From contig NW_026858824.1 of assembly GCF_026571515.1 (NCBI RefSeq), positions 186,001 to 250,000 on the forward strand: a DNA stretch of 64,000 nt, written 5' to 3'. The number at the start of each line of letters is the position of its first letter. Position 1 is the first letter of the stretch. Below the pieces are notes generated by a model, which was not told the DNA's origin, did no database searches, and saw only the letters and a list, made by a program, of their open reading frames with translations. The translations under genes and the position numbers were made by a program. Below, one piece after another: positions 12,593 to 25,660 of this stretch. The DNA is from Ruditapes philippinarum (lineage: Eukaryota).

Positions 12593-13438
12593 ACATCATT
12601 CATACCGAGATGGTGAATTGAATACTTTGAAAATTAACCTCGGAAACATATATGATTTATACTAGTAATAAAAAAATTACTTGATAGGTATCGCAGATGG
12701 TGCCGAGAAAAATATCGAAATATCGATCCAATATATTTATAAATACTTTATCACAAATGCCAGATTTTTAAAAGTACAATGGAAGATCTGTGCTCGAAAA
12801 AATAGTGCTGCATAAAACAAAGATCTGTTCCAAAAGGTAATTTTAAAGTGAATCGCAAATGAATTCCAATCAGTATTCATGACCGTATTATGACTTTATT
12901 TTGAGAAATGTTCTTATGACTTTCTCATTCTTCGTACCTCAATTCTTAAACTGAAGAATACATGGTACCTTTTACTGGATGTAATGTTAAAGTCTAAATA
13001 ATGTACCTTATCCGTAGCCCTTGAGAAATAGCATTCATTATCGTCAGGTGAAGCGTGTGATCATTTTACATACTGACTAAACTATGGACATAATTTTCCA
13101 AATACATAACTTCATTAAAGCAACACGAACACATTGTATCTTTTGTTTGAAATATTCTCAAATGACTGAGCACTTTTTTTCTTGTATCATTTAATTGTTC
13201 ATTGATGTTAATTGCGAAGTATATAAACTCTGGCTGTGTCTGTTCTTATATTACCCTCTTTCATTACAAGTATCGGTATGATTGCTAGCGTTACCATAGT
13301 ATTCGGAATCATGTGAGACGACAAATCAATTCAGGTGAAACTAGAGAAAATAACAACGACTTTAGTTATAATACGTTCATATGGATACTTTATTGTATAA
13401 TTGAAAGTATACAGAAATTTTATAAGAAATATAAAGAA

Positions 13439-15647
13439 ATGGCAAAATGTAGAAAGCATTTCGCGTCAGCTTCGAGAACTTTAAAATATGCTACGTTATT
13501 TATGTTGATAGTTTTGATACTTCATATTATAGCGTTTTCTACACCTAATTGGGCAACCGTCCGGTTGTCTGTGAATGAGAATTCCTCCGGGCTTTGGTTA
13601 GCAGGATCGGATCATAGTGGTTTGTGGCAAATTTGCTCGTGCATTAGCGCATTTGGTGATGGTTTCTGCTCATGTTTCGGACGACATGGAGATCCAGGTA
13701 CAGTTGTTGTATAAGTTTGGTATCGTATGCGATTAAATATTTTTCATTATCTAAACATATCTATATAAAAATCGTGCTGAAATAGCGAGTTGTACTAGTA
13801 TTTCATAAACTAGATGACCATGTACTGCATAACACTATTAAAATGTTCTAAATTTTGACCACGCCCTTCCTGTTTCCAGGTACACGTCAAAGTCCATCTC
13901 ATGTTGCTTATGGTTAAAATCATCATGTTAATTAAACCAAACGAGTTAAACCTACATTTTAAAATCATTTTTATGAGATGAACTTTGATCATCTTTTGGG
14001 AAAATGGTTTATTGAAATCAAGGGAATTCATTCTGAATATGTCTTATTTCAATATGAGAATTTACAAATGTTTAGGCAGCTGCACTTTACTTACTGGTCA
14101 AGTTAACGCGGTTCTTTTTGTTTTTCAAAAAAAAATGCCCTTTTTAATGACATTATACACGTATTATTATGTGTTTATGTAGTATGTAGGGTTTAAAACT
14201 TAACATTTATAACTTTTTGTATGTACTTAAAGTACTAGCGTGATTAAAATCAGCTCCTACATTATGTTATGATGTAAACATAAGAAGATCTGAACTCGAG
14301 GCATATTAAACATTCATGAAACATTTTTAAAAAGAGACTTTATAAATCAAAAATAGCTGCCAAAAATATAGTGTGCATGAGACACGACAAAACAGAACTA
14401 TTTACGGCATAAAATAATAAATATTGACATTGTAAGTTAATGTTAGTAATTGCTTGGAATAATGTGTTTGTATTAGTGCATTGCTAGAATATCCAATATG
14501 GCTTCAAAAATTTAAGATGGCCACCATGAAATGATGAATTTTGGACCAATTTGCATGGCATTTGATCAAAATTTTAGGTACATAAAACACAATAATAAAC
14601 TGGCGTTCTAACATAAAAACTGCAAAAACTTATGTACAGTAACATAGAAAAAAAAACATGCATAATTAATGTATAAAAATACGCGTTTTTAGCTCGACTT
14701 TTCGAAGAATAGGGATAGCTGTTTTACTCGCCAGACAACGGCGTCACACTTGGTTGAGAATTAATGTGAAAATAAACAACAAAAAGCAACAACAATATAA
14801 AGCTTTAAAAACATGTAACAGAAATATCGTTATTTTGTAGTGTGGTTTAAAATGACACAGGCGATGGAAACACTTGCTTTAATTGGCTACGTCATCACCG
14901 GTATCATTTCGTTCGTTCAACTCTTTTCGGAGCAGGATAGAAAAGTGAAAAGAATCAATGTATTTGTCACTATTAGTTCAGGTTGGTTTTAAAATATAAA
15001 AGTCAACATTTCGTTGTCATCAAACTTTCAATTATTACACAGCGTAATGTTCGTGTTTAAAAGAATTTTAAATTTCAGTAAAGAATGAAATATTTCCCTT
15101 TGGTGTAAAAGTAATTTTCTTGTTTTAGTACCGTATGGATTTGATAAAAAAATAAACTGCTAAAGGTCATTAGTCTGACAACTTGTTGCAGCTCATATTT
15201 TCAAAACCTTCATCTAACATTTTACATCTTTCAGGTGTGCTCGGTTGTCTTGGAGTCATTGTCTTCGGCGTTAGATCACCACAAGAGTATAAAGACACGG
15301 CGGATTTTTTCGATCAGATAGGAATGGAACTGCATGGACATTTAGATTTCTCCTTTTATCTATGCTGTGTTGCTGTTGTTATCTTGCTTCTGGTTTGTAC
15401 CCCCCTCTATATGAAGGACGAGAAGATGCCATTACCTGTGCTCACCCAAGATATCCCGGTCGTTTATAACAACCAAAGTTTAGTTATTAGTCCAGACATG
15501 CTTCAAGGCGGGGTTTTCGTAACTGACATTGGTCGACAGGCTGTAGGGAACTTGGCGCCAAATGATGCTCCGCCAGCGTATACGATATCAGACCAACATA
15601 CATTAAACCCACCTCCTTTTGACGGAGAAATACCGTTTAAAGAATGA
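13439..15647 (+). CDS. Claudin/PMP22-superfamily tetraspan protein B, ~270 aa; exons 13439-13697, 14841-14981, 15235-15647
   Basis: Two phase-1 GT-AG introns. PNW...GLWQICSC..CSC loop, 141-nt exon 2 as in gene A, long C-tail with PPAY. Confidence 0.88.
14686..14757 (+). mobile_element. 5' fragment of HINE family B
   Basis: TTTTAGCTCGACTTTTC...ACTCGCC...GGCGTCACAC matches the start of the element at 41244. Confidence 0.6.
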
Positions 15648-16964
15648 TAATGTTACAAGTAAATTCAAAACATTGCAATTGCACAGTCTAGCTTTTATCT
15701 TTGATAACATTATTTTGGGGTAAAGTTTAAATTTCCAAACTCTTCAATCGTATAATGTGAAGAACAAAGTATGAATAAATGTTACGTTTCAAAATTATCG
15801 TAATCATAAATAACAGGATAGTATAATGTGTTATATGTATAGTATAATGTGTTATATGTATATAACTATCTCTAAAATAATAACAAGTGTTTTGCCAAAT
15901 GTCAAATTTTGCTTCGAGAATTAGAATTCTTAACAAGCATATGTTATTATTGCAATATAAAAAAAACGTTTAAAATAAGAATAATTGCCAACGACAAATT
16001 TAGATATCTGAATAACAGGCTATTTAGTAGTATTTACGAGGTAATTGTAAAACTGGCAGAAAATGACGCCTCCCTCTAATTATAAGAACTAGAATACGCC
16101 ATGAATTTCCGCGTGTGGTCGTCCAATGGAAAATTATTAAATTGAGTATAAAATGGCGTTAAATTCATATTATATCTTTAGTATTTTCAGTTCCAAGTAA
16201 GCTATATCTCGAACATGAATGTGTATCATCTGACACTCAAATGTGAATAATATACATTACTGAGGTTAATACCATTGTGCCGATCGACTTGATCGATAAA
16301 ATTCACAAGTTAACGCATTTTTAATATTGTATACAATATGTTGACCAGTGTTTCTCATACTGGACGGAACGGGTATTGTTATTGTATGAAAAAGGGGGGA
16401 AGATATTACCACTTATAATGATTATTTATAGATGTATATTCATTCATCTATTTATTTGTAATGAAAGCGATTGTTCACAATTAAAATAAAACCAAGGTGA
16501 TCATACACTATGGACTTAACAAAGAAAAAAAACAATTTATACAATTTATATGTCGGGCTTTTTTATGCAAACGCAACGGTAAAATAAAACTATTATATTT
16601 TGTATATTTTGCTAAAAGGAAGAAACTTGTTGTACAATAAGTAAAAGATACAAACATTTTTTTTTGTAAAAGCAGACATTTCTTATAAAATACTTTATTA
16701 TATTTTCTAGCCTAGAGAGAATGCCTGTATAGTTCTTATGTATCAAAGAAAATGAAAAAATACAAAACTATCAGTTTATATAAATACGGAAACATTTTGC
16801 AATCTTGTCTCCTTTTACAAAGAAAGGGGAAGTTTTCTATCTATTAAGTACCTGATTTCCGCGTATATGTTAATAATATACAACTTAAAGTAAACTTTAT
16901 TGTACGACCTTTGTTGCGTTGTTCATTAATGCAGTGAAGGTTTTCATTTCATAAAACTCTTTGT

Positions 16965-17247
16965 TAGGTGCGTCCGTGGACGAGTGATTACCGTCTTTGA
17001 CTTTAAACCACTTGCCCCTCGCCGCTGTGGGTTCGAATTCCGACAGGAACTTTGGGTTTTTTCATGTAAGAAACATCGGTGGTTCTACTCAGGTGCCCCC
17101 ATTCGTGCTAGGAATAATACACGAAAGCACACATGAGGTCTTCATCCACTAGTAAAGCTGGAATATCCCAATATGACTTATACTTTGTTAGTGCGACGTA
17201 AAACCCGACAAATAAATAAATAAATAAAAAAATAAATAAATAAATAA
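16965..17247 (+). mobile_element. tRNA-derived SINE (same family as 12336)
   Basis: tRNA head, body and (AAAT)n tail. 14-bp TSD ataaaactctttgt at 16951-16964 and 17248-17261. Confidence 0.9.
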
Positions 17248-18876
17248 ATAAAACTCTTTGTCAACGAGAACCTTAGAAACAAACAAATCAAATTTTAAGA
17301 AAAGTGTTGCACAAATTGAAATATCAGCTGAATGTAAATGTTCAGATTTTTATTTTGCCTTAAATAAAAACAAGTATTCAATATATGTTTTCCAATATAA
17401 TCGTTGCTATAGAAACCCACAAATAAACGTCTCGTGACATTTCACAATTTCAAAAGCACAAAGATGAAAATATCTAACGACAATACTAATGAAAATTAAT
17501 TGTCATCTTCGGAAGTAGAATAATAAACTATCATATTGATGATATAAAAATGTTGATATAAAATATTAGAGCTTTTATAATTTCTCTAGATGAATCAATG
17601 GTTTCTCCGACACTATATATTATATTTTATCCTGGTTATTGTTAAGACTATCAGAAGAATCTTCGAATTCTTATCTCAAGTTCCATTAAAAAACACTTAA
17701 TTCTAAAACATGGAAAATGAAAACTTGCTCTCAATGTAATCACTGGAATCATTAATTATGTTTTGTAAGACATCATATGTAAAACATTCAAATATATAAA
17801 TTCTCAGCATTCTGTTTTTGTATGCACATGATCATCATTTGAAGATAACATGATAGATGCTGGCGAAAACGGTCAAATTTGTATGACTCTCAAGGGTTTG
17901 TTTATTTCACCACTCTTTTTAGTGTCAATGGGAGACAATCAACTAAAGGGCATTATTGTTATACATTCACATAAAACACCAAATTCGCGCATATAAAAAA
18001 TATTTTTAATTAACCGTCAACTTTCATTCTTAGTAACATCATTTTTCATGAAATGCTCAAGCGTTGCGAACATACAATCGTAACCTTCCGGTACTTTCCG
18101 TCAATCTCTGGATTATAATAGTTAAAATCGTCAAGATGTTCAAGACATACTCCGAAACTTTTGCTGGTTCAAATTATGTTGATACATACCATATATTGAC
18201 AGACATGTAAAATATTAAATTTTCACTTTTCACAAAGTATTTTCAAGACAAGTTACGAGTACAAGTACTGGAAAAATGAAAGCTATGTCCTTTCTGTATC
18301 ATTTTAGGCTGAATGTTTCTTTATTAATGATTCAATGAAATATAATGTTTTTTAACATAATATGACTACCTGAAAGCAATGTTTCCAGAACTAAATTCAT
18401 CTACAATGTACTTGTATTTTTATCTATATTTACTGAAAAATTGTGATAAACTTTACAACGGAATAAAAGATTTCACAAACAACAACGTCAACTCTAAACG
18501 GCTTGCTATTTGGAATTTGAAAATAATGAGCATGAGACTCTCTAAAAAATAAGATTGTTTATGAGCATAGTGACATTTGCGGTATGAGGAAACCGCTTTA
18601 TACTCTGGTAAACATTAAATAGAATTTATTCAGTTATTTTATAACAACTGTAGTGATTGTTATATTGTTTATTAAAGTCCGATTGACATTTAGGCGTATA
18701 AAATCTAAAATTAAGGAAAGTTTAGTCATTGCATAATGACAAATTTTCATACCGGAAAACGTTTATTAAAAAATGATATAAATACGGATGAAGAAGCCGC
18801 CCTTTTCCACATTGTACAGCAAAAGACATTTTAGTTAAGTACAGTTTTATCATTTGAAAAATAAACTGCGGCGAAA

Positions 18877-20221
18877 ATGTATGCTATTCAACTTTGTACA
18901 GCTGTAGTTGTTGTTTGCCTGCTTTGTGTTCAAGTGGAGACGAGCTGCTGGTTTAAAAATGCCTCACCTGACGGTAAGTGTTTTTATATCACATATGCTT
19001 GGTTATGATATTATTGATAAAATAGTCCGTACTGTCAGTTTTCTTCCCAACAGATTAAATTTTCAATATAAATTAATATATATATATTTAGTCGAAATCT
19101 GGTTATTCAATTTTGACAAGAATAATGCAAGAAAATATTTTTTGACACCCCCCCCCCCCCTATCTACCCCTTCAGTAATATCGCAATCATGATATTAAAG
19201 AGCTGTGTAACAGCTATATATTGTTCTTTATTACAAGTTATATAGATTTTGACAGGTTATATGACCCTATATAAACGGTTGTTTGCATATATAACCCGAG
19301 CCGCACGTGACAATGGCGATGATAAATAGGTAGTGTGGTGGTGCAACCGGACGTGGTGGTGGTGATTGCATGAATTGAATGTAAATAATAACACTGATTC
19401 GAATTTGAACAATTTTTAATGTCCAAACATATTTGCAGAGAATGGAAATTTTCCAACATACTGCGACTACCAAGGATGGGTTATTGATTCGAATACGACG
19501 CTGAAATCCCCGGCACCATACTGCGAAACATGTACATGCTTGTTCGGAAACCTTAATTGCTGCGGGTAATAAAAAATAGCTTTCTTTCTCTTTGACATAT
19601 TTCAGATCCCAAATTACTGACGCCTTTTTATCATTTGTATCGTCATATTTTAAGGCCCATTATGGCCCAGAGACGTTTTTTAAAGCTTATATTTGGTGTC
19701 CTGTTTATTGTTTCCAAAAAGTTACTCACTGGTCAATTACCTTAATCATAATTTGCTTCACTTGCTTTTGAGGGATTATAACAGTGTTTTAGTATTTCGT
19801 ATGGAAGTCAAAATACTACTTAGTTAACATTTTGCTACTTTTATGACCAATGATTTCATATTCAGCGTTCCTTTTTTCGGGTAATAAGCATCTAAGGTCT
19901 ATGACCATTATAAAACTCATTTTTGCCCTTTCTTTAGAAGGATGAAAATGATTCATCTTCATCTTTGAGTCATAATGTGCCTTTAAATAACGTTCGTTTG
20001 TTCACAGTTAAATATGAAAACAATTTAAAAACAGAAAATTTTGAGTTACTCGTTAAGTTACGGTATGTATTTTGCTTTGTCCTGTTTACAGATATGGCAA
20101 GAAAGCTGGTGCGGCTGTTAGAGCCGGATGTACTCAAGTAGATGATGACAGTTCTTGTGACTTGATCTTTGTGAACAGTGCTAATGAAAACCTACCATGC
20201 GACAACTGGAGCAGAAAATGA
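18877..20221 (+). CDS. Secreted beta-microseminoprotein (PSP94/MSMB)-like protein, 117 aa; exons 18877-18973, 19439-19565, 20092-20221
   Basis: MYAIQLCTAVVVVCLLCVQVET-SCWFKNASPDENGNFPTYCDYQGWVIDSNTTLKSPAPYCETCTCLFGNLNCCGYGKKAGAAVRAGCTQVDDDSSCDLIFVNSANENLPCDNWSRK. Signal peptide plus 10 Cys in a C-C-CxxCxC-CC-C-C-C pattern. Intron phases 1 and 2 are consistent. Confidence 0.85.
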
Positions 20222-20449
20222 AATACGAAAGTTCTGACGATAATCGATCTTTAAATATAAATTGTGTTTCTTTCTGTCTAGACAATTTCAAAATAGGAAA
20301 AAACAGTTTTTTAAAAAAATCTAAAAAAGTACACATCTTTTAAATATTTGTATTTACGAGGAATGCTTATATAAAACATAAATGTTCAGTGCATATATAT
20401 ATTCGTCTATACATATTTACCGTCAATAAATAAGATCTATGCTTAAGTG

Positions 20450-20920
20450 TCAGTGTGGTCTTGAACTTTGACTTTGATTTTTAAGCATCACTGTGACCTT
20501 GACTGTGACCTTTGCGTTTGATCTAATAACCGAAAAATCTATAGGGACATTTATTGACCAATGAAAATGGCCCATAGAAGTTTCACAAACCTAGTCGTGT
20601 ATGTTCTAAATTATTGATCGGACTATAATTTTACACATAATCACCGTGACATTGGCCTTTGACTTATTAACCTCACACCAATAGGGTTGGTTCATCAACT
20701 TGTCATGGGAAATGCCAATTTTCATACATCTAGGCATATTCTATCTCAATGTTTAGAGCGGACAAAAATGTTCGCAAGAAGATCTTGACCTAGGCTAAAA
20801 ATCTAATAGGATCCACTTTTAGCAATGGTCATGGCATACCAAATAATCATCAAGCTATAGTGCGGACATCGATGTGGCTAACAGACGGACGGACATGAAC
20901 AGCTTTCAGGAGCATAATTA
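20450..20920 (-). mobile_element. Degenerate HINE-like element
   Basis: GTGACCTTGA core-repeat motifs and a GACGGACGGAC microsatellite in reverse orientation. Confidence 0.55.
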
Positions 20921-21307
20921 TGCATTAATTTTGGTCAAATAAACTACTTTACTTCAAGCGTGAATCTATTTTTTCTAGTACGCCAACAATAATTGTTGTT
21001 TTCTCTGTCGTGAAACTTGTTGAAACAAATATATTAATTGCTTCTATCGTTTTCAGTAACTCAAATATGTAACAGTACCCTATTGTTAACCGATATAGTT
21101 AATTATAAATTTTATAATACGCAAAGGCAAACGCACGTCATACACAAATGACTTTCGATATTTAACGATACATTAAAGATTACAAAAGTTAATAACTAAT
21201 AGCCTTCCCGCGTAAGTTAAATCAGTTTAACACCAGTCGATAGATTTTATCAATTTCTTTCTCACGGACTAGGTTTTATTTACAGTTTTGAAATTGTTGT
21301 ATTGATA

Positions 21308-23437
21308 TTAAGGTAACATGTCATCTTGCATTGGCTGTGCAGGCAGTACTGGAGACTGCCTAGGGAAGAACTGGTCTTGACTTGTGCTTTCTATGTGGAG
21401 AAGTTGTAATTCGCGACTTTCTGGGCGTCCGTGATTAAAAATGTCTATAATAAATAATGCAACACAAAATATGCACAGTCCAGCAGCTATTGTACATAGT
21501 ATGAATGATGTGGTGAAGCTGGAACGTTTTTCAGATGACGAACTGTCGAAAATGAATTCATCGTACGTCACTCGTTCAAATAGTATCACAGCAACCACGT
21601 TACCAACGCCTGGAGTGGACGAGAAAAAAAAATATATTCATAATAATTCAGTAAATAAACATATTTAAGATTTTAAATATATGTACTACGTTAATTTTGC
21701 AACACATAACAGTTACTGTCATATTAGGTATTCATATAAACATTCATGCAACGTCGCTTGCAATATTATGAAAATCAACGCATTCAATGTATAAAAATTG
21801 GGAAAATGTTAAATAATGCTATAGATGCTTAAAACATAATTCAACCTTAAAGGTTACCTGAACATGACGTAAATAGGAGGTTTAGCAATTTTAGAATTTT
21901 GTCACGTTGTCGAGCACATACGATAACGGTAGAGATAATCGTGCTGAGGAAAAGTCCAACAATTCCGGCAGTAAGTAGAATCTGCGAAACCCTGAACGTA
22001 CCTTAAATAAAAAACATTTTATATTGCTAGTTTGAATATATATAAGGTTGCACAAATTGTCTGGTCAAATACAACTAAATTATATCAGCAGACGAGACGA
22101 TATAACATGAAATAAAGTTAAAAAAAGGACTTGCCGTCTGTCTAACATGTTATGAATCTAGATTCGATTTAGTGACAGCTTGTACTTTACATACAATTGT
22201 TTATACAGCTGTCACCATGAATTTTAAGTGCCATAACAGTAATAGAGGAACAATTTAAGGCTATAAAATCGTTATGAAACAGCAGTGTCCTTTGCACATA
22301 AATAGATTGACAAATCTATATAATGGGTAATTATTCCTTTAATCGTTATTCTGAGGCCACGAGGAAGCCGCAATTGTTATTATACTTATTTGAGTACATG
22401 AATCGGTTAATAGTAATTTTTTCAGCTATAGTCCAATCATTTTAAACTACATTTAAAAGTACAAAAAATGTAACTTCTTATTCACAACAAAACTTGTATT
22501 ATTAATATTATTTCTCTACAGGAGATTATTTGAGTTCTGTTTAAAACTAGAACTGCCACTGTCCTGGTTAAGATACTTCTGCACGCAACCTTGTCAGCAG
22601 TATGCTATAAAAATCACGTTGATATATCGATCATATTGACTTAAAGTGTTCTGCATAGAGCAGTTACTTCAAAATAATGCAAAAAGAATGCGGGTTTTGA
22701 CCACTGCTCTTTTCATTAATCAAATCCTGTATGTAACGCTGAAAGATAATATACCTCTAGTACTCTAAAATATGTCATGTACAAAAAGTAATCTTGAAAA
22801 ATCCAAAAGGTTCATAACTACTTTTTTTAAACTAACACACAAGAGAACAAAAATGTTTTGATTATTTATCTCTTCAATTCGCTCTATCCATGTTTGAAGT
22901 TTCAAGTTGATACCATAGTGTTTTTCGAGAAATACAGTAAAAAAATGCAAAATTAGGAATTGTTTTATGCTGAATATATGAAACTAGTCGAGGGACCATA
23001 ACTACCATATGAAGTGGGGAAAAAACAAATATATTTTAATAATCTCACTTCTACATGAGAGTACAAACATGCAGTGTTCAAAAGTTTCGATGATGCCCAC
23101 CATGAACAGTTGTAGGAAAAAAAAGCGTTCACAAGATTTTACATGTACTACAGATTCACGTACCTGTAAAAGAAGGTTTTCTTACACACTCAAAATCCTT
23201 TATTACCGCTGAAGTATTACTCGAACAATTTTGCCAGAGTCCAACAAATTCTGTTCTCTGAATATCAAAAGAATCATCTCCTATATCAGCCTGTACCCAA
23301 ACAATCTTCAGCCAGTATGGCAAAGCAAATCCGACAATATGCAGTATGAGCACCAAATATATTAAAACAGTCGCTATCTTAATCGAGGCTGTAGACCGTG
23401 AAAGTTTACGTTTACAGAACTTAGCAAATATTTCCAT
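21308..23437 (-). CDS. Claudin/PMP22-superfamily tetraspan protein C, ~239 aa; exons 23437-23164, 22001-21858, 21609-21308
   Basis: Two phase-1 GT-AG introns. PYW...GLWQNC..C loop. TM4 (TSFILCTIAAGLC) resembles gene A (TSFILSTIAGSLC). Confidence 0.87.
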
Positions 23438-24561
23438 TCCACAAATGTGTTACCTCACATTTACTTATTTTGATTAGTTTTATAACAGATATTTCACGAA
23501 TTCTAGATACGCATCGTACTCATAAGGTAAGAAAATGAATGATATAGAAATGTGGCGGTTAAATATACGATATGAAAATACAAAACAATAATCAATAGAT
23601 AGCTGTAGAAACATATGTTTAAATATTTGTTGACGTATATCTGTATACGGCATACGGTAACCTAACGCAGATATTAGATGAATAAATGTCCACAATTTCC
23701 TTACACACATGTATCAGTTTATATACCAGCTTTTTCTACCACGAAACTTTAAACTTACAGAACTATTTCACCTTACTTTAATAACATATGATGCTGCAAA
23801 TTGTTGTTTAGGAATCTGAGCCTTAATATAATGGTATATAATGTTTATGATAATATTGCTTAGAAAAGTTGTTTTATTAGGCTTCTAGACACTATTACTC
23901 AGTGAATATAACTTCACCGTTTTTGTCCTGGCTATATACATGTATATACTACACCTCACACAATTCACACATTCAAAGAACATGTTCCTTGTATCACCGT
24001 GTATATCTCGTAACGCAAAAATGTGAAAAAAACAACGACGTTGTATCGTGCAAATTAATTAATCTATGACCGAAACGAGCATCGCTCAGTAAACTAACCA
24101 ATATTTTATAGTAAACCAGATTGAAACATATGACTGCTAAAGCATTACAACCTAAAAAAAAGAAAGCTCTAGAAAGATTGCTCTGTCAAAACGTTAGAAT
24201 TCACAAAACAGACGGGTCTATTATAATTTTCGATAGAGTTTTGAACCAAATATGTTCAAAGCGTTCCAGCGTCACTTTTGGCATAAAACAACATAATTTC
24301 AAAATTAAATTCAACCAGACCCAGGCGTGATTTTCAACTAAACTTCAGCACAATGAGATGCAATTATATAGTCCCCAACGTTATAATAACAAGAATCCAT
24401 CACGTGTTAATAAACTGAATATTACGAAAACCGTTCATCTTTCCAAACATTCCAAACTTTGATGCAACCAATTATAAACTGGCAGATTTGCCATAAAGAA
24501 AACGCTCATAACGGAATTTTCTACGTTGCAACAAACATCAGTACATGTATGTTACAGTGTA

Positions 24562-24810
24562 CAGTTATTACATGGGTGTTTGTGGAACAGTCCAAACTGT
24601 TGCACTTCGGTATCAGGGATGACATTTAGAACTGTTGCCAGAGGCGTATCAGAGATGAAATTTGGAACTGTTGCCAGCGGCAGAAGGCCGAGGCAACAGT
24701 TCCAAATGTCATCCCTGATACCGAGGGACAACAGTTTACTGTTCGAAAATGCCATCCCTGATACCGAGGGACAACAGTTTACTGTTCCACAAACACCTAT
24801 GAAATAATTG
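24562..24810. repeat. Imperfect fold-back (palindromic MITE-like) element with internal direct duplication
   Basis: catgggtgtttgtggaacagt pairs with actgttccacaaacacctatg. tcggtatcagggatgacattt pairs with aaatgtcatccctgataccga, and the latter block is duplicated. Confidence 0.75.
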
Positions 24811-25660
24811 TTTTATTACCTAATACTTTGCAATTAAACTACAATATAAATTGCAACAACATACAAATGACATTTTTTTCAACAGTTTAAATTAGTTACA
24901 ACTGAATCCTGCAGACGAACCACTATTGTATATTGAGCTGAGCTACATTAAAAGACCGAATAGTGGCGGGCGGCGTTTACAGAAATCAAAATATCAAAAG
25001 AAAAAATATTTCTTTGGTGATAAATAAAAATGAAAACTTCTTATATTCACTGGTATGGTGGTATTTTCTCAGTTAATTAATTTACTGGCGAGCATAATAT
25101 TATTTTATTCAACTCGTGCAATAAATTCAGTAATGAACTTACACGAATTTAATATTCTATTTATCACATTCCCAAAATAAAGACTGTTTGAAGTGAAATA
25201 AGAGTCATTTTTCATTGATGCGTCTATAGTATAACGCTAACATTTAGCGCGTCTTTACACTATGTTTGTATAACGCTAATGACGTCACGTCAAAATATAT
25301 GCACGGCCGTGCAATACCATATTTACGGACTCGCAAAATCGGCACGGGTGTGTGCTAAAAGCCGTTTTGAAAAAAGATCATATTTCAACGTCTATAATTA
25401 ATGTGATATACCATGGAGCTAAATCTGTGGATAGACGTTGAAATATGATTTTTTTTTTCAAAAATGGAATATATAAGTTTTTTGATAGATATATGATACG
25501 TACATGCACTGGAATTGACAAATAACCCTTTTATTTGGAATTTAAATGCGTTTTGAGCTCCACGCCTCAAGTGTCAGTGGATTGTTGTGGAAACTGAAAA
25601 AAATATAGTAGTGTTCATCATATTAACTTCTTAGTAGTGTTCAACCTGTCAACTAAGCAA

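Noticed and set aside
13313-13438. N-terminal extensions in the ORF track (also 11553, 15183, 31136, 59210)
   Set aside because: They begin at non-ATG codons or run through intron/LTR sequence. The paralogs align from the downstream ATGs or splice acceptors.
19256-19330. Possible extra exon of the beta-MSP-like gene
   Set aside because: The candidate acceptors lead to in-frame stops. The 3-exon model is already complete.
24526-24807. ORFs on both strands over the palindrome
   Set aside because: By-products of a fold-back repeat.
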